From the NCBI RefSeq assembly GCF_006345805.1, contig NC_042999.1:55366001-55430000 (forward strand): a stretch of 64,000 nt of DNA. The letters are read 5' to 3'. The stretch comes from Octopus sinensis (taxonomy: Eukaryota). The translations under genes and the position numbers were made by a program. Positions 38,230-51,752 of the stretch are shown here, in pieces; the first letter of the stretch is position 1; every line of letters begins with the position of its first letter. The notes beneath the pieces are model-generated. The model saw only the letters and a program-made list of their open reading frames with translations, ran no database searches and was not told where the DNA came from.

Positions 38230-39440
38230 CAGCAAGGCAGCGACTTAGCAGCACCGATAGCGCGCCGGAAAATTGTTTAGCGGCATTTCTGCCCTCTTTC
38301 CGTTCTGAGTTCAAATTCCGCCGAGGTTTACTTTGCCTTCGTGCTTTCGGAAATCGATAAAATAAGTACAAGTCGTGCACTGGGATTGATGTAATCAATT
38401 TACTATTTCCAAGAAAATTTCAGGCCTTGTGCCTATGGTTGGAAGGGTTCTTAGTTGAGCACGGGAAAGGGGCGGGGAACGATTTAATCGTCTTAACCCC
38501 TCCACTAGAATTGCTGAGTTTGTGCCAAAATTTGGAACCACTGCTCTTAAGGTGGTGAGCTGCCAGAATTGTTAGCACCATTTTGTTCGTCTTTAAGTTC
38601 TGGGTTCAAATTCCGCCGATATCGACTTCGCCTGTCATCGTTTTAGTATCGATAAAATAAAGTACCAGTATAACACTGGTGTCAATGTAAACGACGAGCA
38701 TCGAAATCGATAAAATAAGTACCAGTTAAGTATTGGGGTCGATGTAACTGCAAAATCCCCCTGATTTTAGGTCTTGCACCTATAGTAAAAAATATTATTG
38801 TTGTTGGTATTTTAGTTTCACCAAGAATATTCTTTTCTACTCTAGGCACTAGGCCCGAAATTTTGGGGGCGGGGCCAGTCGATTAGATCAACCGCAGTAC
38901 GCAACTGGTACTTAATTTATCGACCCGAAAGGATGAAAGGCAAAGTCGACCTCGGCGGAAATACTCAGAATGTAAAGACAGCTAAGCATTTCGCCCGGCG
39001 TGCTAACGTTTCTGCCGGCTCGCTGCCTTGAAACCATTATTAATTATTATATTAATTCCTAATAATATTTAATAATAAAATTATAACAGGTTCTTTTAAA
39101 CATCGAATAAAATCCTTTCTCCTGGAAGCACAAGGACTCAAATTTGGGAAGAAGGGATTAAGTCGATTACATCAACCCTAGTGCGTAACTGGGGCAAAGT
39201 CGACCTCAGAACGTAAAGACAGACGAACTACCTATTTCTTTACTACCCACAAGGAGCTAAACACAGAGAGGACAAAGAAGAACAGACAAACAGATTAAGT
39301 CGATTATATCGACCCCAGTGCGTAACTGGTACTTAATTTATCGACCCCGAAAGGATGAAAGGCAAAGTCGACCTCGGTGGAATTTGAACTCAGAACGTAG
39401 CGGCAGATACTGCTAAGCATTCTGCCAGCTCGCCGTCTTG
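38230..39440. mobile_element. Cluster of about five SINE family N copies (plus at 38230-38790, minus at 38845-39440)
   Basis: Repeated B-box and core motifs on both strands. Confidence 0.8.
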
Positions 39441-39779
39441 TTAACCAAGAATAGTGATTCAAAGAAATATTAGGATTGATTTTCAAAAACAATTGGTTTG
39501 CACGAAACATAAAATGTTAAGGAATTAAAATACCGCAAATATTTTTGTATTTGCCTCTGAAAATTTAACACAACTGTCAAAACAGATTAAGAATGTGTTG
39601 AGTTAAATTCAGTGCAAATATTATCGTCAAGTACCGATGCTTAATCACTTAGGATCAAGTCTGAAATTCTTTGAAGAATAATCAATCACTCGCAGATTAT
39701 TTGACCGTTCATATGTTTATAATTAATTACGTTGGAAGCTGTTCTATTAAGCTAATAATCATAATGATAGCTGTAAATT

Positions 39780-39980
39780 TTGGCACAAGGCCGGCAATTT
39801 CGGGAGGAAGTGGGGGGAAATTGATTACATCGACCCCAGTGCTCAGCTGGAACTTATTTCATCGACCCCGAAAGGATGAAAGGCAAAGTCGGTACCTGCG
39901 GAATTTGAACTCAGAACGTAAAGATGGACGAAAAGCCGCTGAGCATTTCTCCCGCCGTGCTGACATTCCGCCAGCTTTCT
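39780..39980 (-). mobile_element. SINE family N
   Basis: Core and tail motifs. Confidence 0.8.
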
Positions 39981-40094
39981 CGTAGTGACGATACTCACAA
40001 GGCATCCCACAGCTTTAAAAATGAACGATACATTACAAAATGTTGTACCTGATATACAAAAAGAAAAACCAAAGCTCCTTTCTTCAGGATAGGC

Positions 40095-40510
40095 GCAAGC
40101 GTGGCCGTGTAGTGAGAAGTATGCTTCCCAACCACATGGTTCCTGGTTCTGTCCTACTGCGTGGTACCTTGGGCAAGTGACTTTTATTGTAGCTGGGGCC
40201 GACCAAAGCTTTGTGAGTGGATTTGGTAGAAGGAAACTAAAAGAAGCCCTTCGTATATATATATGTGTGTGTGTGTAAGTATATATATATATATATCTGT
40301 GTGTGTGTGTGCGCACGTGTGTCTTTGTGGGTCTCCTACCACCGCTTGACAACCAGCGTTACGTCCCTGTAACTTAGCTGTTCGACAAAAGAGACCGATA
40401 TAATAAGTACTATGCTTTAAAAAAAGTGGGTACTTGGGTCGATTCATTCAACTAAAATTCTTGAAGGCGATGCCCCAGCATGGCCGCAATCCACGAAACA
40501 AGTGAAATAA
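40095..40510 (+). mobile_element. SINE family C
   Basis: Head ggcgcaagcgtggccgtgtagtgagaag, core, tail. Confidence 0.85.
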
Positions 40511-40590
40511 TAAAGTAAAAGAATAAAGAACAAAAAATCTGTGAACTTGGTTGTTCTTTGCGGTGAAGAATAATTTCTTTCGCTTCAACT

Positions 40591-40706
40591 CTATTTGCTT
40601 TGCGTCTTCACAATCTTTTGCAACATGTCTTGGGCAGCTGAAAGGCGTCCGTCACATTTGAAAACTTTAACAAACGGAGCTAGCAGATGGGAGCCATCAA
40701 CAATCC
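40591..40706 (-). CDS. Candidate exon (IVDGSHLLAPFVKVFKCDGRLSAAQDMLQKIVKTQSK*)
   Basis: AG at 40707-08, protein-like open frame in a unique GC-richer patch. Confidence 0.28.
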
Positions 40707-40849
40707 CTCGAAATTGATTTTTTTTTTAAATCTCCAATTTTTGTTTAAATAAACAACCAGGATACCGGAAGATGTTATGACAGCATTTTAAGATCTACTT
40801 AAGAGAACAGGGACCGTCATGTGTGTGTATGTTCATATATACATATATA

Positions 40850-41015
40850 CGATGGGCTTCTTTCAGTTTTCGTCTACCAATTCCACTCAAAAGATTCTTG
40901 ACGGCCCGAGGTTACAGTAAAAGACACTTGTCCAAGATGCCACGCAGTGGGACTGAACCAGAGCCATGTGGTTGGGAAGCAAGCAACTTAGCACACAGCC
41001 ACGCCTGCGCCTATG
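40850..41015 (-). mobile_element. SINE family C, 5' half
   Basis: Reverse complement of head and core. Confidence 0.85.
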
Positions 41016-42159
41016 ATATGTAAAGAAAAACTTCTCCGAAAATCTCTTTATCCTAGTCACTCCCTTGTTTATGGAGGGTGTATAAGTCATCTGTTCTATA
41101 AACTGAATTTTGAATTATATTCACAGGGGAAAACAGTGCACGATTTTAAGAGCGATAATACGAGGACATGTATGGATTTCGTAAATGTACGAAATGCGCG
41201 AGTAGCATGAAGTGAAATGATTGAGAAACTGAAAACATTTGGAGAAATTTAGAATGTGAAATCAGAGAATTAAAACAGAACCACCCATACCACTCTTTAG
41301 AAATGAAGGAAACTTATAACACAGGAATGAAGGAGAACATTTGAAAAAAAAAGTAAAACAGCGTTAATATTGTTACTAAGTCTTTGGTTGTTGAAAATAG
41401 ATTTTTATCTTTTTATAGCAAACGATTAAATTAAGATCCTTCGTTATTTACTGTTCGTATGAAGAATTAAATCTTAGTCGGTGATCTGGCAGAATCTTTG
41501 GCCGGAGAAAATGCATAACGGCGGTATTTTGTCCATCTTTATGTTGAGTTTAAATTCCGCCGAGATCAATTTTGTCTTTCAATTCTTTTAGGGTCGATAA
41601 AATAAAGTAACAGTTAAGCACTGGGATCGATGTAATCGACTTTCTCCTTCTCTCGACACCGTCTGCTTTGTGCCAAACTTTTGAAATTTATATGAAGGAT
41701 TAAATCTGTTTTCATTTGTTGTTGACTTTGTCCGTCGAAATAATTCCATTTAGTTTGATTTGGTTTTCATAGTTGTTTCACAACATTTTGTGAAGGGTTG
41801 GTATCTATAGAAATTGTTTATAATATTGTTGCCCATCCGTTTTATTTTACTCTGGAGAAAGAAAGAAAAAAAAATTACAATTTCATAAAATGGTGGAAAG
41901 AAAGAATATAAAAAGAGGGAAGCGTTCAGCATTTCCAAAGGGATTTACAACGACGCTGAAGTTTGTGAAATCACAGGTTTATTTCTCTTGAATAAACGGG
42001 AACGGATAACTAACAGTAGTTTTGACTGCAAAAGTCCCTCCTAGTGTGCGGTACCTATGAATAATAGTACCCTCTATATAATATAAATAAGTATTTTCAA
42101 AGTTGAAAAAATTTACAGATTTTTTCTCTTACGAGGTTTTTCACGCTAACTACTGATAA

Positions 42160-42540
42160 TCTCTCTATATATAAACGGCAGTTTGTCTGTGCGTGTTTCT
42201 GTGTGTCTGTTTGGTTACCCTCACCCTGACCACGGCTTTCAACCGATTCTGATGAAACTTGACACACGCATAGCCCAATTCATAATTCAAAACTAACGCA
42301 GCGAAAATTTTGAAAAGTTCCCCCAGTTCTGAAAAAAATCGATAAATTTGACATGGGGTCGAGAATCAGAAACACAAACCACAAACTGTCTAGGGGATGC
42401 AACTCCACCTTTTTTAACTCTCAAAAAAAATTTACCATCATTTTTTCCGATTTTTTTGCTATTTTTTGGCTATAACTCTCTAAAAATGCTTTATAGTTAT
42501 TTCCCTTACAAACCTGAGCAACGCCGGGCGATACTGCTAG
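42160..42540 (+). mobile_element. Non-autonomous Helitron (381 bp)
   Basis: 5' TC (tctctctatatataaa), 3' CTAG, subterminal GC palindrome cgccgggcg, inserted between A and T with no TSD; empty site tgataa/tttcttat at ~43025-43040. Confidence 0.9.
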
Positions 42541-42634
42541 TTTCTTATAAAGATTTTATCCTTATTTTTAAATTCATATTTTTTACCGGAATAGTTTAAT
42601 ACTGAATTTTTGTTCCCAGTAGGCAAGTTGTTAC

Positions 42635-42825
42635 CGAAATGCATTGCGAAAAAGCCCACCATTTTCATAGATATGTAAAGATAAACATTCGTACATGCTG
42701 CGGCGAATTCTACGGTTGGTTGTCGGGCATGTGATGTGTTTTTTCTTATATGTCTTGAGTTCGTTGCACTGCAGAGCATAGAATGCATATTCTGCATTGA
42801 TTGCGAAATCACAGGTGATATGTAA
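42635..42825 (-). CDS. Candidate exon; two frames open (LHITCDFAINAEYAFYALQCNELKTYKKKHITCPTTNRRIRRSMYECLSLHIYENGGLFRNAF, or YISPVISQ...VGFFAMHF)
   Basis: atttag acceptor, CG|GTAACA donor, unique sequence; the first frame is phase-compatible with 44915-45099. Confidence 0.3.
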
Positions 42826-43061
42826 CTAAATGCTGTTTTTAAATGACTCGCTTTGAAGTTTTGCATTCGGTACAATTTGTTTATTTTAGTAGTTTTGACT
42901 GCAAAAGTCCCTCCTAGCGTGCGGTACCTATGAATAATAGTACCCTCTATATAATATAAATAAGTATTTTCACAGTTGAAAAAATTTACAGATTTTTTCT
43001 CTTACGAGGTTTTTCACGCTAACTACTGATAATTTCTTATAAAGATTTTTATCGTTATTTT

Positions 43062-43146
<85 letters not shown>

Positions 43147-43149
43147 CTT

Positions 43150-43455
43150 GTGGAGGCGCAGCGGGACACGCGGTCGTAGGATCGTGGTTTCGATTCCCAG
43201 ATCGGGCGTTGTGAGTGTTTATTGAGTGTGTATTGAGCGAAAACATCTAAAGCTCCACGAGGCTCCGGCAGGGGGTGGTGGCTGTCCCTGCTGTACTCTT
43301 TCATTACAACTTTATCTCACTCTTTCTTCTGTTGGCCTGCTCGCTTAGCTAGCGGGGTGGCGTCATTTGAAGGCTAAAACAATGCGAAGCGCATTGTGAC
43401 CAGTGATGTGGAGCAACATCTGATAGTCTGGTCGGTTACGGTGATCACGGTGATA
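43150..43455 (+). mobile_element. SINE family R, tail type 2
   Basis: Head ggaggcgcag...gtttcgattcccag; tail ggctaaaacaatgcgaagcgcattgtgacc...cacggtgat. Confidence 0.85.
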
Positions 43456-43549
43456 TATATATATATATATATACACACATGTATATACGAGTGTGTATGT
43501 GTGTATGTGCATGTCACCACTTATATTGGTAATTTAATAATACTTTCTA

Positions 43550-43755
43550 CCATACGCACAAGGCTTGAAATTTGAGGGTAGGGGACAAGTCGATTAGATC
43601 GACCCCCAGGACGCAACTGGTACTTAATTTATCGACCCCGAGAGGATGAAAAGCAATTTCGACCTGGGTGGAAATTGAACTCAGAACATAGCGACAGGCG
43701 AATACCGCTAAGCATTTCCCCCGTCGTACTAACGATTCTGCCACCTCGCCGCCTT
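43550..43755 (-). mobile_element. SINE family N
   Basis: Head revcomp of gccacctcgccgcc. Confidence 0.88.
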
Positions 43756-44211
43756 ATTGGCAATACAATAACAACAAGCATATTTGTCATTGGGGCGAAG
43801 TAATGTCTGCGACACGTGTGACGGAGGAATGGGTTTTCACTATGCTTTCTCTACATTCTACAACTGTAAAACACTGCCAACTGTTACTGGAACAATAACC
43901 TGTGCGTTTATATATATTAGATATGGTTTGGCAAAGAACACTCATAGCAGATCTTTAATGGCTTCACGAAACAGTTATGTTTGGTAAAGGCACCAAGTTC
44001 AAAGCAACGGTTTAAGCAATTGATCTTGTTCAAAGCAGCAGAGTGTACAAAAGAGAATATCTGTTTGGTGTGTGTGTGTGTGTATGGATACGTGTATTTG
44101 CATGTGTGTGGGAGTGAGGGTGTGACCGTAACATACGCTATGTGTCTTTTGTGTTTATATAACGCATAAAAGTGTCGTGTGTGTGTGTGTGTGTGCATGT
44201 GTATGTATATG

Positions 44212-44250
<39 letters not shown>

Positions 44251-44408
44251 AGGCATAGCTAGATAGATTGATAGATATACACATATGTATGTCTATATTA
44301 ATATACCTATAAATACATCTATCTTTCTCTTCCTTTTCTTTCTGTTTGCCTGTCTGTCAGGCTGTCTGGTTGTGTTTCTCACTTTCTCTTTCTTTCTCTG
44401 CATCACAC

Positions 44409-44471
<63 letters not shown>

Positions 44472-44914
44472 TATATAATATATATTATATATATATATAT
44501 TATATATTGATACATAGATAGATAGATATGCATATAGACATACGCACATGTACGTATGCGTGTGTTTACGTATACATGTGTATATATATATGAGTTTGTC
44601 TGTTGGTGTAAGTTCAGCATGTAAGAGCGTGTGTGTGTGAAGGTGCGTGTGCATTCTGTGTGTATCTACAGGGGTTAAATGACTTCAGTTAGCGTTATCT
44701 GATGAATTTCCTCCTCAACTTCACTTTAGAAAGATAAAAATATAATTTCTGATTGCCGGAAATAAAAGCATATCGTTTCCGGTCAGCATTCGAAAAAATT
44801 ATCAGATCTTCGTGGTCCCCAAATTGAAGAGCAATTTATTTTTGTCTCTAATTTTTTGAAAATTTTATTTCACGTCAAATTTTATGAAGAATAAGAATTC
44901 ATAGTCGCGGATAC

Positions 44915-45099
44915 CGACGTGAGAAAGCTGTTTTGTATTTCCGACGCAGAGAATCCGACGAGCGCGTTAAATGTCTGCACTCTAGGCATAACAGTCAGGA
45001 ACTGACATGGCCAAGCAGCACGAAAATATTTGTGCATGCACATAAAATGTGGCGTCACATCCCAGCCACAGAATTCTCTCCACACAGCATTAGTTTTGG
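44915..45099 (-). CDS. Candidate exon (KTNAVWREFCGWDVTPHFMCMHKYFRAAWPCQFLTVMPRVQTFNALVGFSASEIQNSFLTS)
   Basis: Strong ctttattttttacag acceptor, single open frame, CpG-retaining unique sequence; donor CG|GTATCC weak. Confidence 0.38.
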
Positions 45100-45167
45100 C
45101 TGTAAAAAATAAAGTCGAATACTCTTTTATCTCGCCTCGTACATATATGCATATATATATATATATG

Positions 45168-45200
<33 letters not shown>

Positions 45201-45214
45201 AACCGCGTGTGTAC

Positions 45215-45405
45215 CGTTGGCGATTTTTTTTCCTCTGTCTTCCCTTCTCTGGATTTTCCTTCTCCTATGTTTCCGACGAAGAGCTCCGCTCGAAACGTTA
45301 AACCCTCCTTCTTTCTTTCTTTCCTGAGCGTCCAATAATACTATAATTGTTTCACGCCCTCGCGTTGTTGTGTTTTCTCTTTGTGTTTTTATGTTTGGAT
45401 TAACT
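45215..45405 (+). mobile_element. Penelope-like family B with hammerhead-like motif
   Basis: gttt-ccgacga-a-gagc-tcc-gctc-gaaacgtt-aaac at 45269-45303. Confidence 0.65.
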
Positions 45406-45855
45406 ATATACATACATACATACATACATACATACATACATACATTACATACATACATACGTACATACATACACACATACATATATGCATACATGCACAT
45501 ACGTACGTACATGCATACATACATACATACATACAAACATACATACATACATACATACATACATACATACATACATACATACATACATACATACATACAT
45601 ACATACATACATACATACATACATACATACGTACATACATACATACATAAATGATAAAGTACATGCCCTCGAAACAATCTAGTTAAACTATGGTTTTCCG
45701 AAGCAGAAGTCAATTCAACTGACTCAAACATTACAAATACAATCCATAAACGATGGCGCTTGTATCTTTGATAGAAACAAGTTCCTTCCTCAGACGATGA
45801 ATTTAAATGATTCAGTATGTGTGTGTATACAAACACACACACATATATATATACG

Positions 45856-45921
<66 letters not shown>

Positions 45922-46278
45922 CTTTGATACTTTGATAGGTTTCGGCCATTATTGGCCCAGGCCATGTCTAACTTAATAGCACCATGTATGTATGTATGTA
46001 TGTATGTATGTATGTATGTATGTATGTATGTATGTATGTATGTATGTATGTATGTATGTATGTATGCATATATATATATATATATTGACATCTGAAATGT
46101 AGCACCCGTTGCACCTGTACAGGTAATGCCGATCTGTTGGAGGGTTTCAGCTTATGTGTACACAAACATTTGATCACTATAAACAAATCACCTGTGGTTG
46201 TTCGGCAAGAAATTGCCGAAACCTCATACGTCGTCTAACGACCGGAGAGTCCATCATATGTATGTGTATATATATAAT

Positions 46279-46313
<35 letters not shown>

Positions 46314-46321
46314 CTAATATA

Positions 46322-46363
<42 letters not shown>

Positions 46364-46561
46364 CTGTGTGTATAGATATATATATGCTCATATTTATGCA
46401 TATATGTGAGTATATGTATATGTGTGTATATACTTTTATTTTAAAATATGATTATACGCATCCCCCATACATATAAGTATGCATGCATCTGTATAATGTT
46501 TAAACATGGATTAATACATATCTACACATACATCTATGTATGTATATATGTATATGAGTAT

Positions 46562-46611
<50 letters not shown>

Positions 46612-46942
46612 TATATATACATACATACATATATAGTATCTATGTGCTTGTTGATGTGTGTTTTTGTTATGTATGCATGTATGTCTGTATATTTATGTAT
46701 AAATATGCATATATATATATGTATGTATATACATATATATATATATATATATACATACATATACGTACGTATTTATATTTATTTATGTATACAAGTATTC
46801 ATATCTACATATACATGTACATAAATATACATTCACGCACACATACATACACACACATGCAAGCGCGCACACACTCATACATACACACAGACGTGAAGGC
46901 AAATAAGAATGGCGGCGAGTTAGAGAAGGAAAAAAGAGAGTT

Positions 46943-47002
<60 letters not shown>

Positions 47003-47229
47003 TTATGATAATGTTGAAAAGGTGTGAAGCACTGCGATAGTGACGTAATATGGTGAATGATGCTCGGTGGCCAAGAATTCAAAGAATTTGTTTTGGTACA
47101 CATGAGTAGGTTTATTACAGGAGACTTGGTGGTTGCAAGTTTAAAAGTTAACTTAAGCCAAGTATTAACAACACACATTCCATACGTTTGGCGTTGTACA
47201 TGACTTCCTGTTTGAAAGAAAAGAACGCC

Positions 47230-47260
<31 letters not shown>

Positions 47261-47461
47261 CATGCATACTTACATACTTACATACATACATACATACATA
47301 CATACTTACATACTTACATACTTGCATACATACATACATACATACATACATACATACATACATACATACTTACATACTTACATACTTGCATACATACATG
47401 CATACATACACACATACATACATACTTACATACATACATACATACTTACATACTTACATAC

Positions 47462-47496
<35 letters not shown>

Positions 47497-47557
47497 CATA
47501 CATACTTACATACTTACATACTTGCATACATACAAACATACGTACGTACATACATAC

Positions 47558-47596
<39 letters not shown>

Positions 47597-47990
47597 CATA
47601 CATACTTACATACTTACATACTTGCATACATACATACATACATACTTACTTATATACTTGTATACATATATACATGCATACATACATACATACTTGCATA
47701 CATACATACATACTTACATACTTGCATACATACATACATACATACATACATACATACATACTTACATACTTGCATACATACATACATGCATACATACATA
47801 CATACATATATACATGCATACATACATACTTGCATACATACATACATGCATACATACATACATACATGCATGCATACATACTTGCATACATACATACATA
47901 CATACATACATACATACATACATACATACTTACATACATACATGCATGCTTACATACATGCTTACATACATACATACTACATACGTGTAT
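47230..47990. repeat. Long (CATA)n-derived compound microsatellite with CTTA/CTTG variants
   Basis: Direct reading. Confidence 0.95.
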
Positions 47991-48674
47991 AATAATGATG
48001 ATGATGATAATAATTATAATGATAATAATGATAATAATATAATAATAATAATAACAACAATAATGATGATAATAATAATAATAATAATATAATAATAATA
48101 ATAAGAAGAAGAAGAAGAAGAAGAACAAGAAGAAGAAGAAAGCAATAAGGTGTGTGTGTATGTGTTTTTGCGATTACTTATACATACATACACACAAACA
48201 TTCACACACACATATGCACACATACATTCACACATTCACATTCACACACATGCATACATACATAAACACACACACACACATGCACACACACGCACACACA
48301 CGCACACACATTCACACACGCACACACACATTCACACACATACATACATTCACACACACACATACGCACACATACATTCACACATTCACACATACATACA
48401 TAAACACACACACATTTACACAGATACATAAATACATTCACACATACACACACTATTTCCTTTTTGCTTCAAATCTTTAACATCGCGGACAAAATGCTTC
48501 TCAGCATTTCCTCCGTCATTACGTTCGGAGTTCAAATTCTGCCGAGGTGGACTTTGCAATTGAAGTACCAGTCGAGTACTTGGCTCGGTGTAATTAACAA
48601 GCCTCATCCCACCAAATTTCAGGTCTTGTGCCTAGAACAGAAAAGATTATCATTGCAGTTAATGCTGCTGGTTG

Positions 48675-49053
48675 CTGTTGCTGTTGAGCGAACGGTCTTC
48701 GTCCCAGAGCTTGCAAGATGGGAGAAGTCCGAAACGTGGTCCTTTGCTATTCGTAAGACCCGCAGAAGAGAAAGCAAGTCAACCCCCGACACCGAGAGCA
48801 TCGACGAATGGATGAATGCGCATCCAGGCTCAGCGGTTGCGTAGGAAGTCGGGGACAAGAAACAGGAAGAAAGAGTGAGAGAAAGTTGGAGCGAAAGAGT
48901 ACAAGAGGGGTCGCCATCACCCCCTGCCGGAGCCTCGTGGAACTTTAGGTGTTTTCGCTCAATAAACACACACAACGCCCGGTCTGGGAATCGAAACCGC
49001 GATCCTCCGACCGCGAGTCCGATGCCCTAACCCTTGGGCCATTGCGCCTCCAC
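48675..49053 (-). mobile_element. Full-length SINE family R, tail type 3, with 14-bp TSD
   Basis: TSD aatgctgctggttg at 48661-48674 and 49054-49067; intact tRNA head gtggaggcgcaatggcccaagggttagggcatcggactcgcggtcggaggatcgcggtttcgattccc. Confidence 0.92.
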
Positions 49054-49486
49054 AATGCTGCTGGTTGTTGTTGTTGTTGTTTTTACTAATAGCAACAGAT
49101 GCGGCATCAACAGTAGTATTTATACAAAAAGGAAATAGTGTGTGTATGTGTGAATGTATTTATGTATCTGTGTAAATGTGTGTGTGTGTTTATGTATGTG
49201 TGAATGTGTGAATGTATGTGTGCGTATGTGTGTGTGTGAATGTATGTATGTGTGAATGTGTGTGTGCGTGTGTGTGCATGTGTGTGGTGTGTTTATGTAT
49301 GTATGCATGTGTGTGAATGTGAATGTGTGAATGTATGTGTGCATATGTGTGTGTGAATGTGTGTGTGTATGTATGTATAAGTAATCGCAAAAACACATAC
49401 ACACACAACTTATTGCTTTCTTCTTCTTATTATTATTATTATATGTATATATAATGTATATATGTATGCAAGTATATAAGTATGTA

Positions 49487-49532
<46 letters not shown>

Positions 49533-49648
49533 GTGGTGGTGTTAGTAGAAGTAGTTTTTGCTATTCTTTTTTATTTATTCATTCACTTACGTAAAAAAGA
49601 AAATAAATAAAAAATAAATTAAATAAAAAGTAAGATTAAAGAATATAC

Positions 49649-49732
49649 CAAACTGGGATTATTCGCAAGAAAGAATTGGATTCCGTAGTTCTTGATATTC
49701 TCAATCGTCTTTTGAAATGTGTAGTTCACCAT
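49649..49732 (-). CDS. Candidate first coding exon (MVNYTFQKTIENIKNYGIQFFLANNPSL)
   Basis: agaATGG Kozak-like context, 84 nt, TTG|GTATAT donor. Confidence 0.2.
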
Positions 49733-50129
49733 TCTTCAGTGTGGTTGAAAATGTTTCTTTGAAATTTGCATGTTTTCTTCATTTTTCTTTCTTTCTTTCT
49801 TTTTCTTATTTGTTTAAACCTTAACCGATATTACTTCCTTTCAGGCCAATTGTTCAAAGAATGATAAGTCGCTTTCGGTTTAGGTATTTTTTGCCAGAAA
49901 TAAAGTGCTGAACACACACACACTACGAAACAGAAAACAACATTATACGTAACTTAGATTCGTTATACACACAACATTTCTGCCCTTCCGGGTGGTTTTC
50001 TGCTCGTCATTAAATAGTTACACATTTGATATGTTACGTTTAATTTCTCTTCGCATAATTTATTCCTCTAAAAATACTCACTCGCTTATTAACTATTTCT
50101 TTTACTATTTTAACTCTGTCTTAATCTCG

Positions 50130-50179
50130 CACAACCAGCATCGGTTGTCAAGCGATGTTGGGAAGGAGGGTCAAACACA

Positions 50180-50216
<37 letters not shown>

Positions 50217-50259
50217 CACACACACCAACACACACACACACCACACACACACAAACACA

Positions 50260-50311
<52 letters not shown>

Positions 50312-50475
50312 GACGGGCTTCTTTCAGTTTCTGTCTCCCAAATCCACTCACAAGGCTTTGATCAGCCCGAAGCTATAGTAGAAAACACTTGCCCAAGGTA
50401 CCACGCGATGGGACTAAACTCGGAACCATCTGGCTGGTTAACAAGCTACTTACCACACAGCTACTCCTGCGCCTA
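50130..50475 (-). mobile_element. SINE family C
   Basis: Reverse complement with microsatellite insert. Confidence 0.85.
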
Positions 50476-50849
50476 TCCACACAGCCACTATTTATTTATA
50501 CAAAAATAGGGATGGGACGCTGAGGGTATTATATGGCCACGAGGGGGGCGATGGCCCAAAATGTTTGAGAACCTCTGAACTAAGGCATTCCAAATAACCT
50601 TACCAACAAAATTCACCTCTGATTTTTTAATTATATAAATTATGCCGGTGTATCGAGTTCAAATTAACCCCACAATTCCTTCAGCTGATCACTCGGTAAC
50701 TTGAAATTACGTTCAGATTAAGAAGGGGTTGGAGTTACTCTCAGGGGTACTTTGAAATCGATTTCATCCTACCCACTATGCTTTTAGATGACCCTCAATC
50801 CTTCCCCAAATGTTCGTTACTTTAGTGGCAAATAAAATGTCTCCGGTGA

Positions 50850-51022
50850 TCGTGCATGCGTTAGGTGCGCATGCGTAAATCACAGGAAAAGGCTTTTGTG
50901 CGTCCATTTTGTTGATTGAATTTGAAAAAGTCAATTTTAAGGGTATAAAGTGAGAAATGTGTATGAATATATTTTACTTTGATTATGAAAACAGTTTGTT
51001 TGCACTTAAAGCGCATGCGTAT
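50850..51022. promoter_or_regulatory. Candidate housekeeping-type promoter motif cluster (NRF1-like GCGCATGCG x2-3, YY1-like CCATTTTG)
   Basis: gtgcatgcg 50852, tgcgcatgcgt 50866, gcgcatgcgt 51011, gtccattttg 50902. Confidence 0.3.
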
Positions 51023-51214
51023 TAGTATATTTTGTTTTTGTGTAATATAGATTTCGATCACAAATCTATCGTGGCTCCGTGGTAAGAAGCTTGCTTCTCA
51101 ACCACGGGCTTCTGTTCCACTGCGTAGCACATTGGCCAATTGTGAGTGGGTTTTTTTAGACGGAAACTGAAAGAAGCTCTTCATACACACGCACACACAC
51201 ACATATATACACAA

Positions 51215-51655
51215 AAGAGGATGGGCTGAAAAGTTCATGGACTGATTGAAGGAGTCATGCTAGAGCTGTGGATTCTTGCATGCATTAATCTCAACTCTTC
51301 TTATTAATAACTCCGTTGTTTCTTTCCAGGTAAACGGACTTCAAAAGTAACTAGTAGCGACCTGTTTTGAAAATGGACAAAATTTGCCATCGTGGTGTTT
51401 TCAAATACCTGCAGAAAAAAGGTTTACCCCCCCCCCCCCACAACAACAACATTGCTTCATTAAAGGACGACGCTTCAGCTTTATCAACCGTGCAAAATTG
51501 GACAGCTGAATTTAGGAGGGGAAGGCAGAGTATAGAATATGACCCGAGGAATGGTCATTCTGCAACTGCCACCACCAAGGAAGACATTGATCGTGTTCAC
51601 CACAGAGTGACAGATGACAGGCGATTAACTATATATATATATAATATATACATAC

Positions 51656-51687
<32 letters not shown>

Positions 51688-51697
51688 CATATATATA

Positions 51698-51752
<55 letters not shown>

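Noticed and set aside
40610-40660. KCDGRLSAAQ similarity to kinase subdomain XI
   Set aside because: No other kinase motifs found anywhere in the window
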